Shown piece after piece: positions 1 to 9,970 of a DNA stretch of 64,000 nucleotides. The DNA is taken from the NCBI GenBank assembly GCA_963793265.1, contig CAWBZI010000001.1, positions 1,024,001-1,088,000 on the forward strand, written 5' to 3'. How positions within the stretch are numbered: position 1 is the stretch's first letter; each line of letters starts with the position of its first letter. The notes beneath the pieces are model-generated. The model was not told the DNA's origin. It searched no databases and worked only from the letters and a program-made list of their open reading frames with translations. This DNA comes from an uncultured cyanobacterium (GTDB lineage: Bacteria; Cyanobacteriota; Cyanobacteriia; Phormidesmidales; Phormidesmidaceae). The translations under genes were made by a program, and so were the position numbers.

Positions 1-180
1 CCCAACTTCAACAATCAGCAGACTCCCCAAAAATGCCAGCCACGTAAGCCCAGCCCAGCCCATCAACAACGTCGCCCCTTCAATCAGCGGGATTAGCTTA
101 AGGCCACGCTTTTCACAAAAGGCGAGCAGGCGATCGCTAATCACATCTACAATCGGCGCTGAAGAATTAGAAAAGGCCAT
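1..180 (-). CDS. Partial hypothetical membrane protein, runs off the left edge
   Basis: ATG at 180 immediately after the stop of the upstream gene; manual translation MAFSNSSAPIVDVISDRLLAFCEKRGLKLIPLIEGATLLMGWAGLTWLAFLGSLLIVEVG is open to position 1 and has a hydrophobic stretch. Confidence 0.6.
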   Translation of the reverse strand, partial: MAFSNSSAPIVDVISDRLLAFCEKRGLKLIPLIEGATLLMGWAGLTWLAFLGSLLIVEVG

Positions 181-181
181 A

Positions 182-1606
182 TCAATCGTCCATTAACTGC
201 CGAAAGTTTTGTCTGCGCTGCTGCGGAGCCTCGGGCGTAAAGTAGCTCCAAAGCGTGTCCCAATAAAAGAACGAAACGCCTGCATACTGCCGATCGCGAC
301 TGCCCTCTACCTGCTGCCGAATTTGCTCGAACGATATCGGACGACGCCAGGTGCCGGTCAAAATGCCGACGCTGACTGGAATGTGATCGCGCGCCTCCTG
401 CAAAGGTGCTTTATCTAACTCACTCTCAAACTGCCCGTAGTCATCCCGGTACACCTGCACCACCAGCTCGTCCAGCCAGCCTTTACGCACCCAAGTCCGC
501 CAGTCTTGCAAATAAAACCGGTAGGCAAACTTAGCCGGATTGGGCGAAAGCGACACTGCACAGGTCGGGCACTTGGCCTTCACCCGCGCGTGCAAAATAT
601 CCACGAACCTACTTAGCTTCCCAGCTCGCCACCGAATCCAATCTGCATCAGCCGGATTGCTCGGTGGCGACTGCCCCTGATGCTCAGCTTGGTAGAGCGC
701 CACGGTGTAGGGGTCGTAGCCAAACTCCACTGGCAAACTAAAGTGATCGTCAAACTGGATACCATCTACGCCATAACCACTTACCACCTCTTCAACTAAC
801 CCCAGTAAAAGCCCCTGCACACTAGGGTGCATAGGGTTTAGCCAGCCCAACTGACTCGGAGCAGCACTGGCGAGAAGCTGAGAGAAAAAGCCCTGCGGTT
901 CATCAGAGGGTTCAATATCGCTCACCTCAAAGGCATCTTCAGTGAGCTGTCGTGACCCATTTTGCCGAGAGGTAAGCCAGTCGGGATGCTGTCGCGCCAG
1001 CGTTGAGTTCAGCGGAATCATAAAGCCATATTCAAACCACGGCAGCACTCGCATTCCTTTGCTGTGGCCTACTCGCACCATTTCGGCCAGCGGATCTTCA
1101 TAGGGGTGCATCAGCGCGATAAAGGGCTCAATGGTCTGCCCGGTTAAGGCTTTGAATGAGTCACTGCGGTAAAAGGTTTGGCCGCGGTTCCACACCACCG
1201 GATACACCGTATTAAAGCGCATGTCGGCAAGCTGATTGAGCGCTTTGGGAATGCCCCAGGGTGCAAACAAAATGCTGCTGGCAACGTTGGTAATCCAGAC
1301 ACCACGGATCTCGTCGGCTTGGGATGAAGGCTCAGGCGAAGAGCTAGGGGCTAAAGCGGTGTAGGGCTCTAGGTGGGCAGGCGGGGGAGACTGAAGGCTG
1401 ACGGGTGGTGTGATGTGGTGGGCGCTGAAGGCGAGGAAGGCGATCGCTAAAAAAAGCGCCAGCGAAGGTAGCACCACTCTTCGAGAAAGTAGCACCGTAG
1501 GAAGACAACGAATTTGAGTAAAGAAGGCGAGCAGTCTCGTCAGCGCTGACCTGTCAGATCGCATGAAATACGGAGGCTCCCCCAAAAAATAAACCTTGAA
1601 AGTCAA
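182..1606 (-). CDS. Glycoside hydrolase-like family 10 (GHL10/DUF187) protein; true start may be the ATG at 1564
   Basis: Motifs EIRGVW, FNTVYPVVWNRG, PWFEYG, WLNPMHP, YGVDGIQFDDHF, QDW..W; N-terminal hydrophobic anchor. Confidence 0.85.
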   Translation of the reverse strand: MTFKVYFLGEPPYFMRSDRSALTRLLAFFTQIRCLPTVLLSRRVVLPSLALFLAIAFLAFSAHHITPPVSLQSPPPAHLEPYTALAPSSSPEPSSQADEIRGVWITNVASSILFAPWGIPKALNQLADMRFNTVYPVVWNRGQTFYRSDSFKALTGQTIEPFIALMHPYEDPLAEMVRVGHSKGMRVLPWFEYGFMIPLNSTLARQHPDWLTSRQNGSRQLTEDAFEVSDIEPSDEPQGFFSQLLASAAPSQLGWLNPMHPSVQGLLLGLVEEVVSGYGVDGIQFDDHFSLPVEFGYDPYTVALYQAEHQGQSPPSNPADADWIRWRAGKLSRFVDILHARVKAKCPTCAVSLSPNPAKFAYRFYLQDWRTWVRKGWLDELVVQVYRDDYGQFESELDKAPLQEARDHIPVSVGILTGTWRRPISFEQIRQQVEGSRDRQYAGVSFFYWDTLWSYFTPEAPQQRRQNFRQLMDD

Positions 1607-1666
1607 TCTTGACAGTATTGATAATACGGTTCAAATCAACTTTTATGGGTAGGTGCGCCCAACAAT

Positions 1667-2740
1667 TTACGGTTTCGACTTAATCACAGCATCTGCCATC
1701 GCTAGTCCAGAACGATAGGCGCAGTCAATGCCCTGAAAGTCGGGTAGCTGCTCTGAAGCATCGCCGGAAGGAATGCACCAGTCGCCGCCACATACCAGGC
1801 TCTCACTCACTGGTAAAGCGGTAGCGGCATAGGGCGTTTTGACGTGAGCATAGCGCCAGCGATGAATTTGAAACCATTCGGGCTGCGCAATCCAGTCAAT
1901 ATACTTACGCGCGTTGGCCCTGAGCAGCACGGAGGCAGCAGGTTGCAAGTCACCCGAGTCAATATATTGCTGAGCAAAGTCAGGTTTGCTATGAATCACA
2001 ATCGCAGGCCGGTCGGCTTGCTTACGTTTGCTGCTGTCTAACCCGATCCAGTCAGTAGAGGTGCCGACCAAATCAGTAATCATCCAGCCTTTGGGATCTA
2101 GCTCGCCCATCAGGTTGTTGTAGCGCTTGTGGTAGCCCGCCAAAACGCTCAGGCAAGGAAAATAGGCGACTGACTTTAAGCTATCGACCGCCTGGGACAA
2201 ATCGTCAGGTGAACTGTCTGCGGTCTTCAACAGCTCGGCAGCTTGGGGGGCAGGAATCGCGATCGCACACTTTTTAGCCAGCACCACCTCCCCCCCAGTC
2301 CGCTCAATCTTCCAATGCCCGCCCTCATAGCTCAATCCCACCACCTTGCGGCCCATCAGCAAATTTTGGTCAACGGTGAAAGGGCGCGTCAGGTATTTAG
2401 CGATCGCACTCATCCCCTTGGCCGTCACATACCGAGGCCCCAAATCATCCGTCACTGGCACAATCACCTCACGCTGCCGCATCTCGTAGGCACTGGCCTC
2501 CCAGGGCTTCAGCACACCTGCACTCAGCATTTCTGCCGTCAAAGCCTTGAGCCCGTCGCTCGTCGGTTGCCAGTAGCGCAGGCCATGATCGACCGATAGC
2601 CCACTCACCCGCCGAGTCGCCATCCGCCCGCCCAAACCGCGAGACTTATCAAGTATGCACACCCGCTGCCCCGCTGCCTTGAGCTGACGCGCACAAGTCA
2701 CGCCGCTTAGCCCTGCGCCAATAATGGCTACATCCCACAT
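1667..2740 (-). CDS. FAD-dependent oxidoreductase, renalase-like
   Basis: GAGLSG Rossmann motif, DKSRGLGGRMATRR, HRWRYA, CGGDWC. Confidence 0.85.
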   Translation of the reverse strand: MWDVAIIGAGLSGVTCARQLKAAGQRVCILDKSRGLGGRMATRRVSGLSVDHGLRYWQPTSDGLKALTAEMLSAGVLKPWEASAYEMRQREVIVPVTDDLGPRYVTAKGMSAIAKYLTRPFTVDQNLLMGRKVVGLSYEGGHWKIERTGGEVVLAKKCAIAIPAPQAAELLKTADSSPDDLSQAVDSLKSVAYFPCLSVLAGYHKRYNNLMGELDPKGWMITDLVGTSTDWIGLDSSKRKQADRPAIVIHSKPDFAQQYIDSGDLQPAASVLLRANARKYIDWIAQPEWFQIHRWRYAHVKTPYAATALPVSESLVCGGDWCIPSGDASEQLPDFQGIDCAYRSGLAMADAVIKSKP

Positions 2741-2816
2741 AATCAACCTGCCTGCTCTTATACTTATTATTTATAAAGCAATTAGATAGCCAGTATTGAA
2801 TCGGTGGGTACCAACG

Positions 2817-3659
2817 GTGGATGAATTGAGGAGCGGCTTGGCGTTAGCGACTGATGAAGAGTTGTCAATGATGACGCAGTTGCTATTTCAGCCAAAATTC
2901 AACCCGTTAGACTACATTTACACGCCACAGCCCGTAGATGTCAGCAAATACGAACGCAGTCGCCAAATAGAGCTGCTAGACCAGCGCTTTCGCTACTTAG
3001 CCGCAGATGGTCTGACCGTATTGCAAAAGCGAACGCATCAGGTGAGCTATCACCAAGCGCTGCTGCAAATATGCCGCCATCTTAAGATTCAGCAGTACGA
3101 AGGGTTGAGCGTCACTGAGCTGGAGTCTGAAGTGTTTTTGGTGCTGCTTGAAAAAACCTGGACGCAGCTCCCAAAAGCCCAGAAAAAAGCTGTAGAGCGC
3201 CAGCTACACAGCGCGATTTCAAGCACCGAAGAATTTGAACAGCTCCCAAGACTGCTTCAAAAAAAGCCGCTCTCTCTGCTGGCAAAAGGCGGTAGTGCTC
3301 TGGCCCTAAGCGCTGTGATTCGGCCCTGGCTGCTCAGACAAATCTCTCAGCAAATTGCATTGCACGTCGCCCAGTATCAAGTAGCGCGGCAAACGCTCAT
3401 AAAAGGTGGGCTTTCTGTCGCCGCTCGGGTACAGTCGCAGGCGGCGGCAAATATAGCAACTCAGAGTGTGGCAAAAGCCTCTGCTCGATATGGCGCAACT
3501 AGAGGGTTGCTCTCTTGCTTGGGGCCTGCGCTATGGACTTGGTTTGTTGCAGACTTAGGCTGGCGGGCGATCGCAACTAACTACGCCCGCGTCATCCCTG
3601 TGGTGTTTGCGATCGCCCAAATTAGACTAACCCGCGAACCCACCTGGAACCCAGCCTAG
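2817..3659 (+). CDS. YaaW-like conserved cyanobacterial protein
   Basis: MDELR..L.LAT.EEL, KFNPLDY, RFRYLAADG, DLGWRAIATNYARVIP; GTG at 2817 preferred over TTG at 2796. Confidence 0.75.
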   Translation: MDELRSGLALATDEELSMMTQLLFQPKFNPLDYIYTPQPVDVSKYERSRQIELLDQRFRYLAADGLTVLQKRTHQVSYHQALLQICRHLKIQQYEGLSVTELESEVFLVLLEKTWTQLPKAQKKAVERQLHSAISSTEEFEQLPRLLQKKPLSLLAKGGSALALSAVIRPWLLRQISQQIALHVAQYQVARQTLIKGGLSVAARVQSQAAANIATQSVAKASARYGATRGLLSCLGPALWTWFVADLGWRAIATNYARVIPVVFAIAQIRLTREPTWNPA

Positions 3660-3733
3660 CGAAGGTGTTAAATTAACAGCTCACACGGTATGGCTCACAC
3701 TACGGACATCAGAAGGAGGCGCGTAATCAATCC

Positions 3734-4357
3734 ATGACAGACAAAGCAACCGGCGAACCTTCTAGGTTCACCACTCGCCCCTCAACCCAACCAAGTTTCT
3801 ACGATCTCTTAGGACTGCGACCCAATGCTTCCGTGCAAGACATTCGCCGGGCCTACCGAGATTTGAGCAAGCTCTACCACCCCGATACAACAGAGCTAGA
3901 AAGCGCGATCGCCATCCCCAAGTTCCAGGCCCTCAACGAAGCCTACGCCACCCTCAGCAGCCCCGAAAAGCGCCTCACCTACGACTACAAAACCGGCTTC
4001 TCCCGCATCTCCGTCATCCAGCCACTAATGGAAGACATCAAGGCCACCAAAGACACCCCGGCTGAAAAATACTCTTCTAACGCCTACATTGACCCTACGG
4101 ATCGACCCCTCTCAGCCGGAGAATTCTTCGCGCTGTTCATTCTAGGCGTCACCTTCATCGGCTGCCTATTACTCGTCGTCGCTCTCAGCCTCACCAAAGG
4201 CGACATCATGAACACCGATCTCGATATCTTAATTCCCAAGGAACCGACTGCGATTGAATCAACACCCACCGACCCCGCATCTTTCAAGCCCGAGCTACCC
4301 GAACAGCCCTGGCTAGTTCCACAGACATCAGCAGCACCAACGCTGCCGACTCATTAA
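3734..4357 (+). CDS. J-domain (DnaJ-like) membrane protein
   Basis: YDLLGL...IRRAYRDLSKLYHPD (HPD motif), DRPLSAGE followed by a transmembrane helix. Confidence 0.85.
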   Translation: MTDKATGEPSRFTTRPSTQPSFYDLLGLRPNASVQDIRRAYRDLSKLYHPDTTELESAIAIPKFQALNEAYATLSSPEKRLTYDYKTGFSRISVIQPLMEDIKATKDTPAEKYSSNAYIDPTDRPLSAGEFFALFILGVTFIGCLLLVVALSLTKGDIMNTDLDILIPKEPTAIESTPTDPASFKPELPEQPWLVPQTSAAPTLPTH

Positions 4358-4382
4358 TCTTTCAAGCCTACATTCTTAAACT

Positions 4383-4643
4383 ATGCCGCCTTCAAACACA
4401 CCGCTTTACAGCCATCCCCTACCAGAAATTGAAGCCTGGCTCAGGGAACAAGGGTGCGATCGCGACACCGAAAACATCAGCAAATGGACAACCACCCGCG
4501 ATCGCTGGTCAGCCGACATCGTGCTAGACGTTGACTCCATTGTCGTCAGCTACACCAGCAGCAACGGCTCAACCGTGCAGCGCGTTTTCAAATACTCGCT
4601 TAGCCGAGGCGATTTGGAAGAGGTTATTTTTGCTGGGCCTTAG
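4383..4643 (+). CDS. DUF3143 family protein
   Basis: TPLYSHPLPEIEAWL...FKYSLSRGDLEEVIFAGP. Confidence 0.8.
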   Translation: MPPSNTPLYSHPLPEIEAWLREQGCDRDTENISKWTTTRDRWSADIVLDVDSIVVSYTSSNGSTVQRVFKYSLSRGDLEEVIFAGP

Positions 4644-4651
4644 CAAAGGCC

Positions 4652-5068
4652 TTACACCCCACAGCGCCCGTCTGCGCAGGGATACGCAGGCTGATACACC
4701 TCGTCGCGCTTACCAAAAAGCTTGTAGCGGTTATCACGCACAAACTCGTATGCTTTATCACCCGTTGGCTTCATCCCCGGCATCGCTCGATATGCCTGCA
4801 CAAACGCCCCGCCCATCGGTAGCAGATGGCCGATCTCCTCAGCCGCATCACTGCCTTGCCAGCGGCGATCGCTCCCATTCCCCGCCTCATCTAGCTCAAT
4901 CAAGAGCATTCCTAGCTCGCAGTCAGCAGGCGTCACCTCAAAACGGGCCAGCGTTTGCGCGTCTTGCATCGGCACATAGCTGAATTGCTTGCCTTGATCC
5001 ATTTTTTCTAAAAGCTGAACCAGCGTCACACACAGGTTGCAGCTACCGTCGTAAATTACAGCGTACAT
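4652..5068 (-). CDS. DCC family thiol-disulfide oxidoreductase (DUF393)
   Basis: VIYDGSCNLC (DxxCxxC) and C-terminal NRYKLFGK. Confidence 0.85.
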   Translation of the reverse strand: MYAVIYDGSCNLCVTLVQLLEKMDQGKQFSYVPMQDAQTLARFEVTPADCELGMLLIELDEAGNGSDRRWQGSDAAEEIGHLLPMGGAFVQAYRAMPGMKPTGDKAYEFVRDNRYKLFGKRDEVYQPAYPCADGRCGV

Positions 5069-5181
5069 ACAGAATTTTTTGGGGCTATCAGGACGTTTTT
5101 AGAGTGTATTGAGCGATACTAAACAATTGTCGCCTGCCATACAGCCAGCCGATCCATAAAGTGCATGTGAAGCTGCAATAC

Positions 5182-5200
5182 CTTAACCTGACCTTTACTT
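5182..5200 (+). promoter_or_regulatory. Cyanobacterial Pho box (SphR/PhoB site)
   Basis: CTTAACCT-gac-CTTTACTT: two PyTTAAPyPy(T/A)-like 8-mers with 3-bp spacer, about 105 bp upstream of pstS. Confidence 0.75.
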
Positions 5201-5304
5201 ATGAGCGGTAGGTTTCAGTCAGAATGCGACTGTGCGTAAACACCGAATACGCGCGTCAAAAGACAACGTGAAGACAAAAGTATTTTCAAGGAGTAACAGA
5301 TTCC

Positions 5305-6315
5305 ATGCAATTTAAGGCTCGACCAGCTCGTCTGGCGTACTCTGCTTCTATTTTAGCGCTGGTTGCTAGCCTGGCAGCTTGCGGCGGCGATACCACTGCT
5401 GTCGATGGCGTCGATGGCGATGAGCTAGCCGCTGGTGCTGGCGTCTCCGGCGACATTCAAATTGACGGTTCTAGTACCGTATTCCCCATCTCTGAAGCCA
5501 TGGCTGAAGAGTTCATGGCTGCTAACCCCGACAGCCGCGTTACCGTGGGTGTCTCTGGGTCTGGTGGCGGCTTCGAGAAGTTTTGCGGCGGCGAAACTGA
5601 CATCTCTAACGCGTCTCGTCAAATCAAAGACGAAGAGATTGCTAACTGTGAGGCCGCAGGCATCGAGTTTATCGAAGTGCCCATCGCCTACGACGGCATC
5701 ACGCTAGTCACTAACCCCGAAAACGACTTCGCTCAATGCCTCACCGTTGAACAGCTCAACACCATGTGGTCGCCCGAAGCAGAAGGCACCATTGAGAACT
5801 GGAGTCAAGTTGATCCTTCCTTCCCTGACCAGCCGCTGGAGCTGTATGGCCCCGGTACCGACTCAGGTACGTTTGACTACTTCACCGATGAAGTTAACGG
5901 CGAAGAAGGCGCTAGCCGTGGTGACTACACTGCCAGCGAAGATGACAACGTAATTGTGACTGGCGTTGAGTCTTCATCAGGCGGCTTAGGCTACTTTGGC
6001 TACGCCTACTACGAAGAAAACCAGGGCTCGCTGAAGGCATTAGAAATTGAAAACGAAGACGGCGAATGCGTTGCCCCTTCTACTGAAACTATCGCCGATG
6101 GCTCTTACAACCCAATGTCTCGGCCTTTGTTCTTCTATGTGAAGAAAGAGGCTTACGACACCAAGCCTCAGGTTAAAGCGTTTGTTGACTACAATCTAAA
6201 TCCCGACAACGGCGAGCTGGTTCAAGAAGTCGGCTACATTACGCTGCCCAATGAAGATTTGGCGGCTTCTAAGGCGCGTATTGACGAAGCTAAGTTGGGC
6301 AAAGATCCTATCTAG
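5305..6315 (+). CDS. pstS: Phosphate ABC transporter substrate-binding lipoprotein
   Basis: Lipobox [34 protein letters not shown]. Confidence 0.95.
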   Translation: MQFKARPARLAYSASILALVASLAACGGDTTAVDGVDGDELAAGAGVSGDIQIDGSSTVFPISEAMAEEFMAANPDSRVTVGVSGSGGGFEKFCGGETDISNASRQIKDEEIANCEAAGIEFIEVPIAYDGITLVTNPENDFAQCLTVEQLNTMWSPEAEGTIENWSQVDPSFPDQPLELYGPGTDSGTFDYFTDEVNGEEGASRGDYTASEDDNVIVTGVESSSGGLGYFGYAYYEENQGSLKALEIENEDGECVAPSTETIADGSYNPMSRPLFFYVKKEAYDTKPQVKAFVDYNLNPDNGELVQEVGYITLPNEDLAASKARIDEAKLGKDPI

Positions 6316-6357
6316 ACCACTCCAGGTTCTACTTAAAGACTAGGTTCTAAAGCAGTG

Positions 6358-6379
6358 GAGAGGGAGGTGTCTCCCTCTC
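6358..6379 (+). other. Intercistronic stem-loop between pstS and pstC
   Basis: GAGAGGGAG-gtgt-CTCCCTCTC perfect 9-bp stem; likely stabilises pstS mRNA (inference). Confidence 0.55.
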
Positions 6380-6435
6380 TTCCCCGCATCCTCCTAATTC
6401 AATCTCATTGCGTAACCTCAAAGAGGCTCTCTAGA

Positions 6436-7371
6436 ATGACTGCTGATGCTCCCTTCGACATCGCCACTGGCCAGTGGAAGCCGAATCGTGATCGCGCCAG
6501 GCTAATCCAAACGGTGATCAAATACATCTGCGGTGCGTTTGCCGCAATTTCTGTTTTTACAACGCTAGGCATTGTGGCCACGCTGGCTTTTGAGGCGATC
6601 GCCTTCCTCCAAGAAATCCCCTTATCTCAGTTCCTCACCGATACCCGATGGACACCGCTGTTTGCCAGTAAGCAGTTCGGCATATTCGTGCTGGTGAGCG
6701 CCACGATCATGATCTCAGTGATCTCCTTACTGGTCGCTGCACCTTTGGGCCTGCTGGCAGCCATTTGCCTGAGCGAATACGCATCGCCCAACACCCGCAG
6801 AATTCTCAAGCCCATTCTGGAAATCCTGGCAGGCGTACCGACGGTTGTTTATGGCTACTTTGCTCTACTTACTGTCACCCCCTTTCTACAAACTTTTATC
6901 CCTGGATTGCAGGGCTTCAACGCGCTGAGTGCAGGTTTAGTCCTCGGCGTTATGGTCACGCCCATGGTGGCCTCTCTCAGCGAAGACGCCCTCTACTCAG
7001 TGCCCCGCAGCCTCAAAGACGGTGCTTATGCCCTCGGCGCAACCAAGCGTGAAACCGTCACTTCAGTCGTGCTGCCCGCCGCCCTCTCAGGAATTGTCTC
7101 CTCTTTAATTTTGGCAGTTTCGCGCGCCATCGGTGAAACCATGATCGTCACCCTCGCTGCTGGAGCTAACCCCACCTTAGGCTTCAATCCGTTCGTGCCG
7201 GTCATGACTATGACCGCATACATCGTGCAGATCACCGCCGGAGACGCACCCCACGGCACCATTGAATACAAAACTATTTATGCGGTGGGTACGACACTCT
7301 TCTTAATTACCCTGGCGCTCAACATTTTCAGCTTTTGGTTTGTTCGCCGCTTCCGCGAGAAGTACGAGTAA
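6436..7371 (+). CDS. pstC: Phosphate ABC transporter permease
   Basis: LEILAGVPTVVYG, GAYALGATKRET, SRAIGETM; ATG at 6436 chosen because the longer start overlaps the hairpin. Confidence 0.93.
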   Translation: MTADAPFDIATGQWKPNRDRARLIQTVIKYICGAFAAISVFTTLGIVATLAFEAIAFLQEIPLSQFLTDTRWTPLFASKQFGIFVLVSATIMISVISLLVAAPLGLLAAICLSEYASPNTRRILKPILEILAGVPTVVYGYFALLTVTPFLQTFIPGLQGFNALSAGLVLGVMVTPMVASLSEDALYSVPRSLKDGAYALGATKRETVTSVVLPAALSGIVSSLILAVSRAIGETMIVTLAAGANPTLGFNPFVPVMTMTAYIVQITAGDAPHGTIEYKTIYAVGTTLFLITLALNIFSFWFVRRFREKYE

Positions 7372-7453
7372 GCCTTTCACAAGCCGCCCTTAACTCCGTC
7401 TTTTAGTCCCGCCTTTAAGGTCAAGCAACAGAACGCAGCACACAGGTTTCTCA

Positions 7454-8377
7454 ATGGACTCAAACATCTCTTCTCGTCCCACAGAAGTCAAGGATTTTTC
7501 TTCAGGAAGCGATTTTAAGCCAAACATCTCCGGTCGCTACAATGCCGACCGCTTATTTGCCGCCGCCGCCTGGTTAGCGACGGGTATCGCCGTCGCGGTT
7601 TTAGCCTGGCTACTACTGACTATCCTCATAGATGGCCTCGGCACCCTCAACCTAAACTTCATTCAAAGCTTACCTTCTCGCCGAGCTGAAAGAGCCGGTA
7701 TTTTTCCAGCGCTAATCGGCACCATTTGGGTGATGGCAGTCGTCGCTGCTGTCTCCTTTCCCATCGGCGTCGGCGCTGGCATCTTTCTCGAAGAATTTGC
7801 TTCAGACAACTGGTTTACTCGCTTAGTCGAAATCAACATTGGTAACTTAGCGGGCGTTCCCTCAATTATCTATGGCCTGCTAGGACTCGCTATTTTTGTT
7901 CGTGTGTTTGAGCCAATTACGGGCGGACGTAGCGTACTTTCTGGCGGGCTAACGCTTTCGCTGCTAATTTTGCCGGTGATTATTGTGGCCACGCGCGAAG
8001 CCCTACGAGCAGTGCCTAGCAGCATGAGGCTAGCGGGCTATGCCTTAGGCGCGAACCGCTGGCAGGTGATCTGGAGCCACGTATTACCAGCGGCGTTTCC
8101 GGGTATCCTCACAGGCGTTATCTTGGCACTATCGCGCGCTATTGGTGAAACAGCCCCGCTGATTGCAGTTGGCGCAGCCGTCTTTATTTCCTTTACGCCC
8201 GAAGGGTTGCAGAGCCAGTTTACGGCCATGCCCATTCAAATCTATAACTGGGTCGGTCGCCCGCAAGAAGAGTTTCACTACATTGCAGCCTCGGGCATCA
8301 TTGTGCTAATGACCGTGCTGCTGTTGATGAACGCGATCGCTATCTACTTGCGCAACAAGTTCCAAAGCCAGCAGTAG
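7454..8377 (+). CDS. pstA: Phosphate ABC transporter permease
   Basis: NLAGVPSIIYGLLG, YALGANRWQ, RAIGETAPL. Confidence 0.95.
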   Translation: MDSNISSRPTEVKDFSSGSDFKPNISGRYNADRLFAAAAWLATGIAVAVLAWLLLTILIDGLGTLNLNFIQSLPSRRAERAGIFPALIGTIWVMAVVAAVSFPIGVGAGIFLEEFASDNWFTRLVEINIGNLAGVPSIIYGLLGLAIFVRVFEPITGGRSVLSGGLTLSLLILPVIIVATREALRAVPSSMRLAGYALGANRWQVIWSHVLPAAFPGILTGVILALSRAIGETAPLIAVGAAVFISFTPEGLQSQFTAMPIQIYNWVGRPQEEFHYIAASGIIVLMTVLLLMNAIAIYLRNKFQSQQ

Positions 8378-8437
8378 CTCGCTGAGGCGTACAAAAGCAA
8401 ATTCACAGCTTTCAATTTTTGCAATTCTACAACGCTA

Positions 8438-8464
8438 TATTTCCACGCTGCTATTTCCACGCTG
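8438..8464. repeat. Short direct duplication TATTTCCACGCTG x2 between pstA and pstB
   Basis: 13-mer at 8438-8450 and 8452-8464. Confidence 0.7.
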
Positions 8465-8513
8465 ATTAAGTTATCAGATAAGTTACCCGCAAATCACTTA
8501 CAGGTTTTGTACA

Positions 8514-9332
8514 ATGCCTACCCCTATCCCTTCTTCAACGGTCACCGAAGTTAGCTCTAAGCTCGCGCTTAAGGCCGAAAAAGTCTCTGTTTACTACGGC
8601 AGTAATCTCGCAGTTAAAGACGTTTATCTCGATATCCCTGAGAACCAGGTTGTTGCTTTTATCGGCCCCTCTGGCTGTGGTAAGAGCACCATCTTGCGCT
8701 GCTTTAACCGCATGAACGATCTTATTCCTAGCGCCCGCGTAGAAGGCAGCATTACCTTCGATGGCGAAGACATTCAGGGCAAAAAGGTAGACCCCGTAGA
8801 GCTGCGTCGCCGGGTCGGCATGGTGTTTCAAAAGCCCAACCCCTTTCCTAAGTCCATTTACGACAACATTGCCTTTGGCGCTAAAATCAATGGCTACCAG
8901 GGCAATATGGACGAGCTGGTTGAAAGTTCTCTTAGAGGCGCTGCCCTTTGGGATGAGGTAAAAGACAAGCTTAAAGAGAGCGGTCTGGGCCTATCGGGTG
9001 GTCAGCAGCAGCGACTTTGCATTGCTAGAGCGATCGCTATCGAGCCCGAAGTTATCCTCATGGACGAACCCTGTTCGGCGCTTGATCCGATTTCTACGAT
9101 TAAAGTAGAAGACTTAATGAACGAGCTGAAAAAGCGCTACACCATTGTGATTGTGACGCACAACATGCAGCAGGCTTCTCGAGTGAGCGATCGCACCGCC
9201 TTCTTCAACGCGGTTGCCACTGAAAAGGGCGGCAAAATGGGCTACCTTGTTGAATACGACAAAACCCAAAACATCTTCAGCAACCCCAAAGAAGAATACA
9301 CCCGCGACTACGTTTCGGGCCGCTTCGGCTAG
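8514..9332 (+). CDS. pstB: Phosphate ABC transporter ATP-binding protein
   Basis: Walker [33 protein letters not shown]-terminal YVSGRFG. Confidence 0.97.
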   Translation: MPTPIPSSTVTEVSSKLALKAEKVSVYYGSNLAVKDVYLDIPENQVVAFIGPSGCGKSTILRCFNRMNDLIPSARVEGSITFDGEDIQGKKVDPVELRRRVGMVFQKPNPFPKSIYDNIAFGAKINGYQGNMDELVESSLRGAALWDEVKDKLKESGLGLSGGQQQRLCIARAIAIEPEVILMDEPCSALDPISTIKVEDLMNELKKRYTIVIVTHNMQQASRVSDRTAFFNAVATEKGGKMGYLVEYDKTQNIFSNPKEEYTRDYVSGRFG

Positions 9333-9354
9333 CCCCGACACCATCGGCAAAACC

Positions 9355-9378
9355 GTAGGGGCGTAAGGTCTTACGCCC
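9355..9378 (+). repeat. GTAG-type REP-like palindrome
   Basis: GTAG followed by perfect stem GGGCGTAAG-gt-CTTACGCCC. Confidence 0.55.
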
Positions 9379-9402
9379 TCCGACACAGCAAGTCATTCCA
9401 AC

Positions 9403-9448
9403 AAAACAGCTATGAGAGGATTGCAAAACCCCTTTCATCGCTGTTTTT
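9403..9448. terminator. Probable bidirectional intrinsic terminator between pstB and the convergent ORF
   Basis: AAAACAGC-TATGAGAGG...CCTTTCAT-CGCTGTTTTT imperfect stem with A and T tracts on each side. Confidence 0.6.
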
Positions 9449-9747
9449 CATTGCAATCGCCTAAGCAAGCTGATAGCCGCACCTTGATCCGGGGTGATAA
9501 CAACGCGATCGCCCACCGCCGCCACCGGGCTCCACAGCGAAGACTCCGCATAGTTCAACACATGTAGCTGGTGAATCGCCCGATGAATCGCCTCAGGAGA
9601 ACCCACTAAAATATGCCGCAGTTCCTCCTGAGCACAGCGCCCACCAGAGGTGCGATCGCCTCGACTACGTTCAGTTCTTAAACAATTCTGAGCAGCAGAC
9701 TCTACCGCCAATGACAGCGGGAAGACAGTTAAATCAAGCATTCTCAC
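9448..9747 (-). CDS. Small hypothetical protein of a cyanobacterial family
   Basis: GGAGA RBS before GTG; core LRHILVGSPEAIHRAIHQLHVLNYAE..WSP resembles small multicopy cyanobacterial hypothetical proteins (from recall). Confidence 0.65.
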   Translation of the reverse strand: MRMLDLTVFPLSLAVESAAQNCLRTERSRGDRTSGGRCAQEELRHILVGSPEAIHRAIHQLHVLNYAESSLWSPVAAVGDRVVITPDQGAAISLLRRLQ

Positions 9748-9786
9748 GATTTCTCCGATAGCAGTTTAGAAGAAAGCGCGAAAACT

Positions 9787-9970
9787 TAGCCGCCCCAACT
9801 TGTCAAAAGTCAGGGCGGCTATGGCATCATAGGCCATAACCACTCGACTGGTAGTTGCAGTTGAGGGGCGAGCGGGCGGTGATTGGGCTCAATCAATCAT
9901 CGTCTGCGGCTGCTAAATTTTCGGGCGGTATAGTGTTGCATTAGCCTTTAACAAGCAAACAACAGCTATA
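9787..9970. ncRNA. Candidate structured leader or antisense sRNA upstream of ORF 9448-9747
   Basis: Hairpins at 9787-9821 (G-U compatible on minus strand), 9872-9907 (G-U compatible on plus strand) and about 9929-9970. Confidence 0.45.

Noticed and set aside
6355..6435. Extended pstC N-terminus, and likewise the extended starts of mrdA (49367) and the sigma factor (37625)
   Set aside because: They run through intergenic hairpins, terminators or promoter DNA; downstream ATGs fit the families better
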